DNA of 42,509 bases from Parvularculaceae bacterium (GCA_041739835.1 JBGSNB010000037.1:1-42509); one strand, 5' to 3'. Shown: positions 18,088-28,180, numbered from the stretch's first letter. The notes: generated by a model from the letters alone, not told the origin. Program-made: numbers and translations.

Positions 18088-20640
18088 ATGCGGAAAATAT
18101 CAGCTTTTCGAACGGCGCTGCTGTGCGGAGCGGCCGGTTTTGGGGCGATCGCGCCGGCAGCGGCGCAGACGGACGACGAGATCATCGTCACAGCGCGGCG
18201 CAAGGCGGAAAATATTCAAGACGTTCCGGGCTCGATCACCGCGCTCACGGACGAGACGCTGCGCAAGGCGGGCGTCGAGCGGGTTGAGGATTTCATCGGC
18301 CTTACTTCCGGCGTGACGCTGGTCAATTCGGCGGAAGTCGGCGACACGCAGGTCAATATTCGCGGCATCAACGGCGCACGCGACGCGGAAAACAGTTTCG
18401 CGTTTCTGATCGACGGCGTTCTTTATACGAATCCCGCCGCCTTCAATCGCGAATATACGGACCTCAGACAGATCGAAATCTTCAAGGGGCCGCAGGGCGC
18501 GATCTACGGCCGCAATGCCGCCGCCGGCGCGATCATCGTGACAACAAGCACGCCAGGCAACGAGCTAGCCGGCGGCATGACGGTCAGCTACGCCGAAGAT
18601 GACACGATCCTCGCAAAGGGCTCCCTGTCCGGGCCGATTGTCGAAGACCAGCTATTCTATCGAATTTCCGGCGACTACCGAAAGACTGACGGCTTTTATC
18701 GCAACAGTTTCCTCGGCGACACGCCGACCATCGATGCGTTTGAGGGCTACAACATCAACGGGAGGTTGCTGTTCACCCCCACCGAGCGGCTCAGCGTCGA
18801 TATGAAAGCGCGGTACGGTCAGGTCGACGCAAACTCGATCGTATTCAACGCAAACTTCCATCTGCCGGTTTTCGCCGGGGCGACAAGCACGCCGTCCGCC
18901 GATCTGGATGTCAACGAACACCCGTTCATATTTCAACCCAATGTCACTTCCGACAATGATCAGGAATCTCTGGAAATTTCCGGAAAATTCGATCTTGAAA
19001 TGAGCGGCGCCACCCTGACCGGATGGGCGCTCTACAGCGATATCGACAACAATCTGATTGCGGACGGCACTTCTGCGGCGTTCGGGTTTTATAACAACGA
19101 TCCGGTTTGCCAGCAGACCGTCGCGGACTTCAACGCGCAAGGATTTCAGCTGCCGCCGCCGACATTTTTCGGACAGATTCCGGTCGGCGTCATCTTCGCC
19201 CCGAACGGGTCGTTTCTTGGCGCGTATACGCCGTCGACCTGCGACGGCATTCAAGAGCAGTTGCGCAACCAGTCGGATTTCAGCGCCGAATTGCGTCTTG
19301 CCTCAAATGGCGAAGGACCTTTTGGCTGGATGATCGGCGGCTATTTTCTCGACATCAGCCGACAGGTCGGGGTTTCCCTCAATCGCGACGGCGGCGGGCC
19401 GGTGACGCGCGGGCTTTTGCAATTGAGCGGCCCAAATCGGACGGATGCTCTCGCATATGACGATTTTGACAGCACCGTATACGCCGTATTCGGCTCCGCC
19501 GATTACGCCGTAACCGAAAGCATCGAATTATCCGCGGCGCTTCGCTATGACGTTGAAGAGCGGCGCGTTTCGAATCTTGTTCCGACCGATGCGCGTCAAT
19601 CTGTGATCGATTTGAATTTCGACACCATTTTTGACGATCCGCTCAACCCGGGTCTGTCCAGCCTTGTCAATCCGACTGGAACGATTCCGGATCAGGAAGA
19701 TACGTTCAAGCAGCTACAACCCAAAATCTCCGCCACCTGGGACGTGACCGGCGACGCGACGTTGTTTGCGAGCTGGGGCGTCGGGTTCAAGGCCGGCGGC
19801 TTCAACAATTCCGGCAGCGCCGCAACTGTGAATATCTTCAACAATGCGCTCATATCCACGGTCACCGGAACTGATTTCGCCGCATTGATCGGCAGCGACC
19901 TTCCGATCATCGAAGACAACTATGACAAGGAGCGCTCCAGCGCCTTCGAAGCCGGTTTCAAGGCGTCGGCCCTCGATGGACGCGTGCGCCTTTCCGGCGC
20001 CGGCTACTACACCGACGTGACGGACATGCAGTTCTTCGAATTTTTCGTCGGCGGATTCGGCTTGCTGCGCGTCGTTTCGAATATCGACGAAGTTGAAATC
20101 ATCGGATTCGAAGTCGGCGCTGAAGCGGCGGTGACCGATTTCCTGAATTTGTACGCCGGCTTCAATTATACGGACAGCGAGATCAAGGCGAACAGCTCGC
20201 GACCGGACACCGTCGGCAACAAGTCGCCCTATACGCCCGACTACACAGTGAATTTCGGCGGCGACGTGTCCTTTCCGATCGCCAGCGGCGTTGAGTTTCT
20301 GGTTCGCGCCGATGCGCAGGTGATCGGCCCGACCTGGTTCCACACGGTTCAGGGAGGCGATCGCGCGACCATTTTCAACCCGCTTTTCGAACTCGGCTTC
20401 GGCGCCGGCGCCGGCGGGCTTGGAACCGGCAATTTCGTGAACGCGCAGCGCGACACTTATCTGACGCTTGATATGCGCGCGGGCATCCAGGGCGATCACT
20501 GGTCGTTGATGGCGTTCGCCAGCAATCTGACCAATGAAAATTACCTTGAAGAAGTCATCCCGGCGCCTGAATTCGGCGGCTCATTCCTGGCTCCGGGAAC
20601 CCGGCGGCGCTTCGGCGTGGAAGCGGCCTATCGTTTCTAG
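18088..20640 (+). CDS. TonB-dependent receptor
   Basis: Signal peptide, EIIVTARR TonB box, IEIFKGPQGAIYGRNAAAG plug motif, C-terminal FGVEAAYRF. Confidence 0.96.
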   Translation: MRKISAFRTALLCGAAGFGAIAPAAAQTDDEIIVTARRKAENIQDVPGSITALTDETLRKAGVERVEDFIGLTSGVTLVNSAEVGDTQVNIRGINGARDAENSFAFLIDGVLYTNPAAFNREYTDLRQIEIFKGPQGAIYGRNAAAGAIIVTTSTPGNELAGGMTVSYAEDDTILAKGSLSGPIVEDQLFYRISGDYRKTDGFYRNSFLGDTPTIDAFEGYNINGRLLFTPTERLSVDMKARYGQVDANSIVFNANFHLPVFAGATSTPSADLDVNEHPFIFQPNVTSDNDQESLEISGKFDLEMSGATLTGWALYSDIDNNLIADGTSAAFGFYNNDPVCQQTVADFNAQGFQLPPPTFFGQIPVGVIFAPNGSFLGAYTPSTCDGIQEQLRNQSDFSAELRLASNGEGPFGWMIGGYFLDISRQVGVSLNRDGGGPVTRGLLQLSGPNRTDALAYDDFDSTVYAVFGSADYAVTESIELSAALRYDVEERRVSNLVPTDARQSVIDLNFDTIFDDPLNPGLSSLVNPTGTIPDQEDTFKQLQPKISATWDVTGDATLFASWGVGFKAGGFNNSGSAATVNIFNNALISTVTGTDFAALIGSDLPIIEDNYDKERSSAFEAGFKASALDGRVRLSGAGYYTDVTDMQFFEFFVGGFGLLRVVSNIDEVEIIGFEVGAEAAVTDFLNLYAGFNYTDSEIKANSSRPDTVGNKSPYTPDYTVNFGGDVSFPIASGVEFLVRADAQVIGPTWFHTVQGGDRATIFNPLFELGFGAGAGGLGTGNFVNAQRDTYLTLDMRAGIQGDHWSLMAFASNLTNENYLEEVIPAPEFGGSFLAPGTRRRFGVEAAYRF

Positions 20641-20753
20641 GGTGCGGAAATCATCGAGGTTGAAGCCGCGGGTCCTCGCTCAAAATGCGGCCGCTCGATT
20701 TCGCGGCGGCCGGAAGTCTCCGCTGATGTTCATTTGCTGAAGGAAGATCGACC

Positions 20754-21077
20754 ATGAAGAAATTCGTCATTGCATTGACGGCCCTGATTGTCGGCGCGAC
20801 GGCCGCCTTTGCGTCAGCTGCCGGTTTTGTCGGCAATACGATTGTCACGACGACCGACACTTGGGGCGAGTTAGCGTTCTATGTCGCGCCGGACGGCTCG
20901 TATGAATCCTCAAGCGGCGGCTCCGGATCCTGGTCCTATGACGGATCGACGCTTTGCTTTGACGACCTTTGCGGCCCGTTCGATGGCTCAAAAGGCCCGG
21001 GCGACAGCTGGAGCGATACGGCTTGGGACGGTAATGGCGAGGCGGAAATCTCGATTGAAGCGGGCAACGCCCTCTAA
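20754..21077 (+). CDS. Small secreted hypothetical protein (107 aa)
   Basis: AGGA RBS, MKKFVIAL...AFA signal peptide, acidic Gly/Ser-rich mature part with two Cys. Confidence 0.8.
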   Translation: MKKFVIALTALIVGATAAFASAAGFVGNTIVTTTDTWGELAFYVAPDGSYESSSGGSGSWSYDGSTLCFDDLCGPFDGSKGPGDSWSDTAWDGNGEAEISIEAGNAL

Positions 21078-21498
21078 GACGAATCGCACTCCGATCCCGT
21101 TCTGAGCGCGCCCTTGGCTTGTTCCGGCGCGGCGATTGAAATTCCGGCGGCCCGGCTGAGAGGCGCACTGGCGCGGCATAGCAAACCGTGAGCCGCGCGA
21201 CGTCGCCAGATACAACCTCGCTTGAATGCTCCTCCGAAATTGTCGGATGGAGCCGAGGGGCAATGTAAATCGCCGACTTTCTTTTATAGAAAAATTCGGC
21301 CAGGTCCGAGACAGCGGATCATTGAGGTTGTTGAGTCGCAAGTGCGGGAAATGTAGCGAAAACAGCAATGTATCAGCAGCGAAAGATCCGGCCCGGGCTC
21401 CGGGCCCCGCGTCCTGTGCGACGCGCAAGTCGACAAGCTTGTCAAATTCGCCGATAGTTTACAGAAATTTGCGGTGTATAGCGGGAGGAATGCTGCAT

Positions 21499-23046
21499 AT
21501 GCGAAAGCCATCGCTAGGCTTCTGGCGCCTCTGGAACATGTGCGTTGGCTTCTTCGGCATTCAGGTCGGATTCGGACTTCAGAACGCGAATGTCAGCCGC
21601 ATCTTCCAGACCCTTGGGGCGGAAGTCGATTCGCTGCCCATTTTGTGGATCGCGGCGCCGCTGACCGGACTGCTCGTCCAGCCGATCGTCGGCCATATGA
21701 GCGACAAGACCTGGGGCAGGCTCGGACGCCGCCGACCCTATTTCTTCTATGGAGCGCTGGCGACGACGGCGGCGCTGATCGCAATGCCGCATTCTCCTTG
21801 GCTTTGGTTCGCAGCCGGCATGCTCTGGATCATGGACGCGTCGATCAACGTGACCATGGAACCGTTCCGGGCGTTTGTCGGCGACATGCTTCCGCATCGT
21901 CAAAGAACGCAAGGCTTCGCCATGCAGAGCTTTTTCATTGGTCTTGGCGCGGTGCTCGCCTCCGCGATGCCCTGGATACTGTCGAACTGGTTCGGCGTCA
22001 GCAACACCGCGGAGCCGGGCCAGGTCCCGCCATCCGTGAAATACGCGTTTTACGCCGGGGCCTTTTTCGTGCTGGTCAGCGTCATGTGGACGGTCTTTTC
22101 GACGCGAGAATATTCTCCGGAGGAGCTGCGCCGTTTCGAAGAGGCTGAAGAGGGCGCCCGGTCTGGAGCCTCAGCGTCATCGATTGTAAGGCCGTCAGTC
22201 GGCGCGTTCTTTCGAAGCGGCGGCGTATGGCTTGTTCTCAGCGGCGTTGTGACAGTGATGATCGCGCAATGGTCGCTTCAAAAGGAGCTTTATGTGCTCA
22301 GCGTCGGCGGCGTTGCTTTCGGCCTGATGCAGATCGCCGCCGGCCTTCTGCGCCAGCGCGGCAAGGCGAATAACGCTTTCTCGGAGATTCTGGACGACCT
22401 TTTCATGATGCCGAAGACCATGAGGCAACTTGCGTTGGTTCAGTTTTTCTCCTGGTTTTCGCTATTCTCCATGTGGATTTACACGACCGCGGCCATTACC
22501 GCCCGTCATTACGGGACGAGCGACCCGACGACGGCGGCCTATAATGAAGGCGCCGACTGGGTCGGGATTCTGTTCGCTGTCTACAATGGCGTTGCAGCGA
22601 TCGCCGCTTTCGCTATTCCGGTTCTGGCCGCAAGGACGAGCCGCAATGTTGCGCACGCTTTGTGTCTGCTCTGCGGCGCCGCGGGTTTTACGTCGTTTTA
22701 TGTGATAGATGATCCTCGCTATTTGTGGGTGTCGATGATCGGAATCGGCGTCGCCTGGGCTTCGATCCTCTCTGTCCCTTATGCGATTCTCTCTGGGTCG
22801 TTGCCCGCGCATAAAATGGGCGTTTATATGGGGATCTTCAATTTCTTTATCGTGATCCCGCAACTTACGGCGGCGAGCATACTCGGCGTGCTTGTGAGGG
22901 GTCTCTTTGACGGCCAGGCGATCTATGCATTGTTGCTTGGCGCGGCCAGTCTCGTCGTCGCGGCGGCGGCGACCCTGCTGGTCAATGATTTGGCGATCAA
23001 GAAGGGCGGCGCAAATGCGGCCCGTGATGCGGCGGCGGCGAACTGA
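21499..23046 (+). CDS. MFS/GPH-type maltose-sucrose family sugar transporter
   Basis: GFFGIQVGFGLQNAN, QPIVGHMSD.TWGRLGRRRPY, MEPFRAFVGD and GVYMGIFNFFIVIPQ motifs; GGAGG RBS before ATG 21499. Confidence 0.92.
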   Translation: MRKPSLGFWRLWNMCVGFFGIQVGFGLQNANVSRIFQTLGAEVDSLPILWIAAPLTGLLVQPIVGHMSDKTWGRLGRRRPYFFYGALATTAALIAMPHSPWLWFAAGMLWIMDASINVTMEPFRAFVGDMLPHRQRTQGFAMQSFFIGLGAVLASAMPWILSNWFGVSNTAEPGQVPPSVKYAFYAGAFFVLVSVMWTVFSTREYSPEELRRFEEAEEGARSGASASSIVRPSVGAFFRSGGVWLVLSGVVTVMIAQWSLQKELYVLSVGGVAFGLMQIAAGLLRQRGKANNAFSEILDDLFMMPKTMRQLALVQFFSWFSLFSMWIYTTAAITARHYGTSDPTTAAYNEGADWVGILFAVYNGVAAIAAFAIPVLAARTSRNVAHALCLLCGAAGFTSFYVIDDPRYLWVSMIGIGVAWASILSVPYAILSGSLPAHKMGVYMGIFNFFIVIPQLTAASILGVLVRGLFDGQAIYALLLGAASLVVAAAATLLVNDLAIKKGGANAARDAAAAN

Positions 23047-24074
23047 TGGACGAGAGAGGTGAAAGAGCGCGCGGCGCGCGCCTTGAGGATTTGGCGGCGA
23101 TTGCGGGCGTATCAATCGCGACGGTGTCGCGCGCGCTCAATAACAGTCCAGCTGTCCGCGAGGAGACGAAGCGCCGAATCTGGAAACTGGCGCGTGAGAA
23201 CAATTACTCATTCCGTCCGCACATGCCGACGATCCTGTCTGGCGCCTCCGCCACGATCGCGATCGTCATCCCTACGCCGCTCGGCCGAAAGGGCAGCCTC
23301 GATGATCCGTTCTACATGGAGCTGATCGGCGGCGTCGGGGAGGCGGCGCGCGAATTGGGTTGCGACATTCTCATTTCACACGTCGCGCCGAAGAACTTCG
23401 ATGATCTCTCCGAAATCATGGAGACCAGCCGCGCAGAGGGCGTGATCTTCCTGGGACAGAGTTTTCTGCATGATCGCTTCAACAGGCTGGTCGAAAACGG
23501 GCATCGCTTTGTCGTTTGGGGCGCGGACTTGCCTGGGCAGCGCTACTGTTCAATCGGCAGCGACAACATCAAGGGCGGCAAGCGCGCCACGTCGCATCTA
23601 TTGCGGCTCGGACGCCGGCGAATCGCTTTTTTTGGCGACACCGAGGCGCCGGAAGTGCAGCAGCGCTACGCCGGCTATTTGCAGGCGCTTCAGGAGGCGA
23701 ATGTCGCGTTCAACAAGGACCTTGTCGCGCCGGTCCATTTCGAAATCGAGTCGGCGGAGGATGCGGTTGAACGGCTGTTGTCGATGAATGCCGGATTTGA
23801 CGCGGTTTTCGGCGCCAGCGACCTGATCGCCATTGGCGCGATCCGCGGCCTTGTTCGTCGCGGCGTCTCGGTTCCGGAGGAATGCTCCGTGGTCGGTTAT
23901 GACGACATACTCCTCGCCAGATACAGCCATCCTTCCTTGACGACGATCTCGCAAGACATGTCCAAGGCGGGGCGTCTGCTCGTATCGCGATTGCTGAATT
24001 CGACGGAAGGCGGGGACAACAGGTCCGAACGCTTGCCGACCGAACTGATTGTTCGCGAGTCTTGCGGCGCCTAG
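23046..24074 (+). CDS. LacI family transcriptional regulator (probable maltose-locus repressor)
   Basis: LEDLAAIAGVSIATVSRALN HTH; VVGYDD and PSLTTI motifs; coupled to the MFS gene. Confidence 0.94.
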   Translation: MDERGERARGARLEDLAAIAGVSIATVSRALNNSPAVREETKRRIWKLARENNYSFRPHMPTILSGASATIAIVIPTPLGRKGSLDDPFYMELIGGVGEAARELGCDILISHVAPKNFDDLSEIMETSRAEGVIFLGQSFLHDRFNRLVENGHRFVVWGADLPGQRYCSIGSDNIKGGKRATSHLLRLGRRRIAFFGDTEAPEVQQRYAGYLQALQEANVAFNKDLVAPVHFEIESAEDAVERLLSMNAGFDAVFGASDLIAIGAIRGLVRRGVSVPEECSVVGYDDILLARYSHPSLTTISQDMSKAGRLLVSRLLNSTEGGDNRSERLPTELIVRESCGA

Positions 24075-24178
24075 GACTTTAACCGACCTGACAGAATCAG
24101 ATCGGATAAAGCTCCAGTTTTGCACCGGTCGCATTTTCTGGCGATCGACCGGGTCCGCATGACCGGAAAACGCTCTAA
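24071..24178. repeat. Bipartite palindromic intergenic element (RIME/Bru-RS-like)
   Basis: Two imperfect hairpins: CTAGGACTTTAACCGACCTGA/TCAGATCGGATAAAGCTCCAG and GCATTTTCTGG/CCGGAAAACGC; minus strand begins TTAGAGCGTTTTCC, a terminus typical of alphaproteobacterial short repeats. Single copy in the window. Confidence 0.6.
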
Positions 24179-25821
24179 CGCGCCAGATAACCTGAAAACG
24201 CGGGAAGTCTTCCCGGCGGCGCACCGCTGGCCCGATCGATCCCGGTTGCGATAATCACCTCCGATGCGACGTCGTCCGGCATCCACGACGACTCTTCTTC
24301 GCCAATGTTGAAAACGCAAACAATGCGGTCGCCCTCATAGAGGCGTGAAAAGGCGATGACGCCGTCCGGAGCGTCGTAAAAGCTGACAGAACCAAGGCGC
24401 AGCGTGTCGCTCGCGCGTCGAAGCCGGATCAGCCGCTTGACAAAATTCAGCGTCGATCGGGGATCGGCCTCCTGCAAATCGATCGAAAGAGCGTCATGGC
24501 GCGGGTCGACTGGGAGCCAAGGATTGGCGACAGAAAAGCCCGAATTGGCGGCGCCGTGTCGCCATGGCATGGGCGTGCGCGCGCCGTCGCGGCCGAGCGT
24601 CAATGGCCAGTTGGCGATCGCCTCGGGATCCTGAAGCGCCTCGAAAGCCACATCGCCTTGCGGCAGGCCAAGTTCCTCTCCCTGATAGATGAAGATGTTG
24701 CCGCGCAGGCTCACCAGCAGCATGGCGTAGAGGCGCGCCGCACGGTCGAGGTCCTTTTCGCGCGCCCAGCGGCTTACGGCGCGCGGCGCGTCATGGTTGG
24801 AAAACGCCCATGAGGGCCATCCTTCGCCCGGCGCCCCCGTCCACGCCATCACTGATTTCTCGGCTTGCGTCGCCGAAAGTTTATCCGGATACAGAAAGTC
24901 AAAGCTATAGGCGGAGCTTAGGCGCTTGCCGTTCGCCGTGAACGCCTTCATTTCGGCGAGCGGCTCCGGACCGCCGACTTCCGCCACAGTGAAAACGCCG
25001 TCATATTCATCGACAACGCTTCGAATACGTTCAAGAAACGACACGATCGCCGGATGCGACATATTGTATGTATGCGATTGATAATCGAATGGGCGGTTCA
25101 GTTTTCGCCCGTCGCGCGGCGCCGGCGGATTGTCGCGCAGCGCCGGATCGTGCATCGAGAAATTCAGAGCGTCAAGGCGAAATCCGTCGACCCCGCGGTC
25201 GAGCCAGAACCGCGCAACGCTGAGGATCGCCTCCTGGGTCTCTTCATTGTGGAGGTTGAGATCGGGTTGGCTTGCGAGAAAATTGTGAAAATAATATTGG
25301 CGCCTCCGACTGTCCCAGGTCCAAGCGGGCCCTCCAAAGACCGACTGCCAGTTGTTGGGCGGCGCGCCGTCTTCTTTCGGATCCGCCCAGACATACCAGT
25401 CGGATTTTGCGTTATTTCGGTCCCGCCGGCTCTCGCTAAACCAAGGGTGCGCGTCGGAGGTGTGCGAATAGACCTGATCGATGATGACCTTGAGCCCCAG
25501 CCGGTGCGCCTTCGCGATCAGCAGGTCGAAATCGTGGAGGCTCCCGAAGATCGGATCGACGTCGCAAAAATCAGACACGTCATATCCGAAATCCCGCATC
25601 GGCGATGTAAAGAAGGGCGACAACCATACGCCATCGACGCCCAGGCTTGCGACATAATCGAGGCCTTCGATAATTCCTGCGAGGTCGCCGACCCCATCGC
25701 CATTCGAATCTTTGAAACTGCGTGGATAGATCTGATAAATGACGGTTCCGCGCCACCACTCGAATCCGGCGGCGGCTGCCGGCTCAGCCTTGACGGCGCA
25801 GGTCGGTCTTCCCGGCGTCAT
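24175..25821 (-). CDS. GH13 alpha-glucosidase (cytoplasmic)
   Basis: WWRG..IYQIYPRSF, DFGYD, GVDGFRLDA, AEV and SNHD motifs; ATGA overlap with the upstream gene at 25821. Confidence 0.94.
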   Translation of the reverse strand: MTPGRPTCAVKAEPAAAAGFEWWRGTVIYQIYPRSFKDSNGDGVGDLAGIIEGLDYVASLGVDGVWLSPFFTSPMRDFGYDVSDFCDVDPIFGSLHDFDLLIAKAHRLGLKVIIDQVYSHTSDAHPWFSESRRDRNNAKSDWYVWADPKEDGAPPNNWQSVFGGPAWTWDSRRRQYYFHNFLASQPDLNLHNEETQEAILSVARFWLDRGVDGFRLDALNFSMHDPALRDNPPAPRDGRKLNRPFDYQSHTYNMSHPAIVSFLERIRSVVDEYDGVFTVAEVGGPEPLAEMKAFTANGKRLSSAYSFDFLYPDKLSATQAEKSVMAWTGAPGEGWPSWAFSNHDAPRAVSRWAREKDLDRAARLYAMLLVSLRGNIFIYQGEELGLPQGDVAFEALQDPEAIANWPLTLGRDGARTPMPWRHGAANSGFSVANPWLPVDPRHDALSIDLQEADPRSTLNFVKRLIRLRRASDTLRLGSVSFYDAPDGVIAFSRLYEGDRIVCVFNIGEEESSWMPDDVASEVIIATGIDRASGAPPGRLPAFSGYLAR

Positions 25822-27701
25822 TCCGGCGATTCCCACTTATTGGATTTGCACACAATAAATCCCAGATCCGGTACGGAAACGTTAACGGCTCCTGGGGCCG
25901 TTGATCTTCTTGCGCATTTTCCGGCTATGGCTTTCCACGACTCCGAACGCGGGTCGACTGCGATGTTGAGATTGCGGGCGACGTCAGACGTGTTGAAGAC
26001 AACCAGGTACTCGCCGCCTTGCTGATCGAGGCGGGACGCCGCAAGGACGCCGCCATCGACTTCCGCCGCGCGCAGGATCTGCGGGCCGCGACGCAAAGCC
26101 TCGTTGCTCTTGTAGAGGACGGCCAGATTGGCGATATGGCGATAAAGAGGATGACGCCGATCAAAGTTGGAATCGGCGGTCGTGGCGTCAGTTCCGATAA
26201 GATCGTTATCGTTGTAGGTCTCGACCTGGCTTGGGAACATATCCTCCCGCGCAGCCTGATCATTGCCGTCGCTGTTGAAGCCTTGCTCATCGCCGGCATA
26301 GATCACCGGAACGCCGCGAAGCAAAAACATCATCGCATGGGCGAGCTTGAGGCGTGCGAGTTTTTCCGCATCGTCCGCGTCAGGATGTTTTTGAGTTATG
26401 AAGGTCGCGAACCGTCCCATATCATGGTTGCCAATGAAAACCGGCAAGCGTCGGGCTGTGTCTTCTCCGCCCTCGTAGAGAGCGTCCGCCTCAAACAGCT
26501 CGGCCAGGCGCTGCGTCGGCGCGCCATTGACAACCACATCCTGAACTGCGGACTGGAATGCGAAATCCAGCACTTGAGGCAGTCTGTCGACGCGGCTATG
26601 CCGGGCGAGTCCAGCGGCGCTTGGATTATAGGCTTCGCCGAAAATGTAGAAATTCGAAACGCCGACGGCTTTCGCGCGATCCAGCATCGCGCTCGTGAAT
26701 TTCCGCCAGAATTCCGGCGCAACATGCTTTGCGGTATCGATGCGCATGCCGTCGATGCGATATTTCTCGATCCAGTCGCCGTAAATTTCGATGAATCCGT
26801 CAAGAACGCGCGGGTCTTCCGTCAGGAGGTCGTCTAGCCCGCTGAAGTCTCCATAAAGCGCACTTTCTCCGACCCAGTTTGAATCGCCGCGATTGTGATA
26901 GTATCGCGGGTTGTTCAGCCATGCGGGCGTTTTGGCGTTCTCTTCGCCTGCCGGCACATAGGGCGTGTAGGCATAGTCGGCGCGCGTGAGCCTTTCAAAA
27001 TTGCGCTCGGTCTGGAATGGCGGCCTGTCGCCCAGAAATCCCGGATTTATTTTCTCGCCGTTGACCGCGCCTCTCGTGGAATAGGGGAAGTTCGCTTTGT
27101 CGCGATAAGGGCATCCCTCGGCTGGCTTGTCTTGGCCAACATAATCCGGATCGTGGCATTCGCGCATGCGGATGACGTCAGCGGTGTGGTTCGTGATGAT
27201 GTCGAGATAGACCTTGATCCCGCGTGCGTGCGCCGCTTCGACGAGGGCCCGCATGTCGTCGTTCGTTCCGTAATGCGGATCGACTTGCGTGAAGTCCGTG
27301 ATCCAATAACCGTGATAACCTGCGGTCTCTTCGCCGGACGGCCCCTGAACCGGCTTGTTCTTGTAGATCGGCCCAAGCCAGATTGCGGTCGCGCCAAGAC
27401 CTTCAACATAATCAAGGCGCGAGATCAGTCCCTCAAGGTCCCCGCCGTGGAAGAACCCTTTATGCGTCGGGTCAAATCCCGTTTGCAGCCGGTCCCCTCG
27501 AATGCCGCCGTGGTCATTGTCGCGGTCGCCATTCTCGAAGCGATCTGGAAGCAGGAAGTATATCACTTCGTCTTCAGCGATGCGTCCAGCGTACGCGCCT
27601 GCGCCGGCGGCGATCGCTGGCGCATTCGCGGCGATGCCAAAAAAAGATGATGAACACACGGCGGCAAGGAGCGCCTTGCGCAGGATCGTGTTTAGCGGCA
27701 A
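25818..27701 (-). CDS. Secreted GH13 alpha-amylase / cyclomaltodextrinase-like enzyme
   Basis: Signal peptide; DRFENGD, GGDLEG, GYHGYW, DGMRIDTAKHV, GEAY and GNHD motifs; TTG start with AGGA RBS. Confidence 0.92.
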   Translation of the reverse strand: MPLNTILRKALLAAVCSSSFFGIAANAPAIAAGAGAYAGRIAEDEVIYFLLPDRFENGDRDNDHGGIRGDRLQTGFDPTHKGFFHGGDLEGLISRLDYVEGLGATAIWLGPIYKNKPVQGPSGEETAGYHGYWITDFTQVDPHYGTNDDMRALVEAAHARGIKVYLDIITNHTADVIRMRECHDPDYVGQDKPAEGCPYRDKANFPYSTRGAVNGEKINPGFLGDRPPFQTERNFERLTRADYAYTPYVPAGEENAKTPAWLNNPRYYHNRGDSNWVGESALYGDFSGLDDLLTEDPRVLDGFIEIYGDWIEKYRIDGMRIDTAKHVAPEFWRKFTSAMLDRAKAVGVSNFYIFGEAYNPSAAGLARHSRVDRLPQVLDFAFQSAVQDVVVNGAPTQRLAELFEADALYEGGEDTARRLPVFIGNHDMGRFATFITQKHPDADDAEKLARLKLAHAMMFLLRGVPVIYAGDEQGFNSDGNDQAAREDMFPSQVETYNDNDLIGTDATTADSNFDRRHPLYRHIANLAVLYKSNEALRRGPQILRAAEVDGGVLAASRLDQQGGEYLVVFNTSDVARNLNIAVDPRSESWKAIAGKCARRSTAPGAVNVSVPDLGFIVCKSNKWESPE

Positions 27702-27764
27702 TGGATCTTCCTTTATGGTCGCGCCTTTCCGGGGCCTGTCAGAGTGCCAAATTGCGCATGACTT

Positions 27765-27778
27765 TGCAATAATTTACA
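27765..27778. promoter_or_regulatory. Candidate LacI-type operator TGCAATAATTTACA
   Basis: TGYA-N6-TRCA palindrome upstream of the amylase; similar sites at 36927, 37082 and a weaker one at 21460. Confidence 0.55.
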
Positions 27779-28180
27779 TGCCCACGGACAGAACATGCGA
27801 CTGGCCGGGTCGGCCGCCCATGCTTGAAACTCTTCTTAAATCTTCTGATAATCAGTCGCTGCGCGACCTGATTTCAACTGCTAGCCTTGGTCAGCCTATC
27901 GGATAGTGCGTGATCCGGTCGTTTGACGACACCTATTGCAGGGTTTTTCATCGGAGGCCTGGGCGTGGTCGCCGGGCTGGACATTTAGGCGTCGGGCGGC
28001 GGCGTCGCCAGTTCGGTCGGGCCTTCGGGAGAGTAATCTAGATCGCCTGAAGGGCTAGTCGTTGCTTGGTCGGACCAGGATTGCGAAGAGCCGGTGATTC
28101 CGCTCTTTCACCCGACGCCAACGCCTTCTGGTCGGCGCAGCAGTGTACGAAGAAGAGCGGGAAGGGAAGACGCGAAAGGC

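Noticed and set aside
21078-21450. Possible riboswitch or sRNA in long intergenic regions (also 27780-28180)
   Set aside because: Only generic GC hairpins; no conserved RNA motif recognised. An Rfam/Infernal scan would be needed.
21226-21498. N-terminal extension of the MFS ORF
   Set aside because: Not transporter-like; a strong RBS precedes ATG 21499 and the region contains regulatory-looking sequence.
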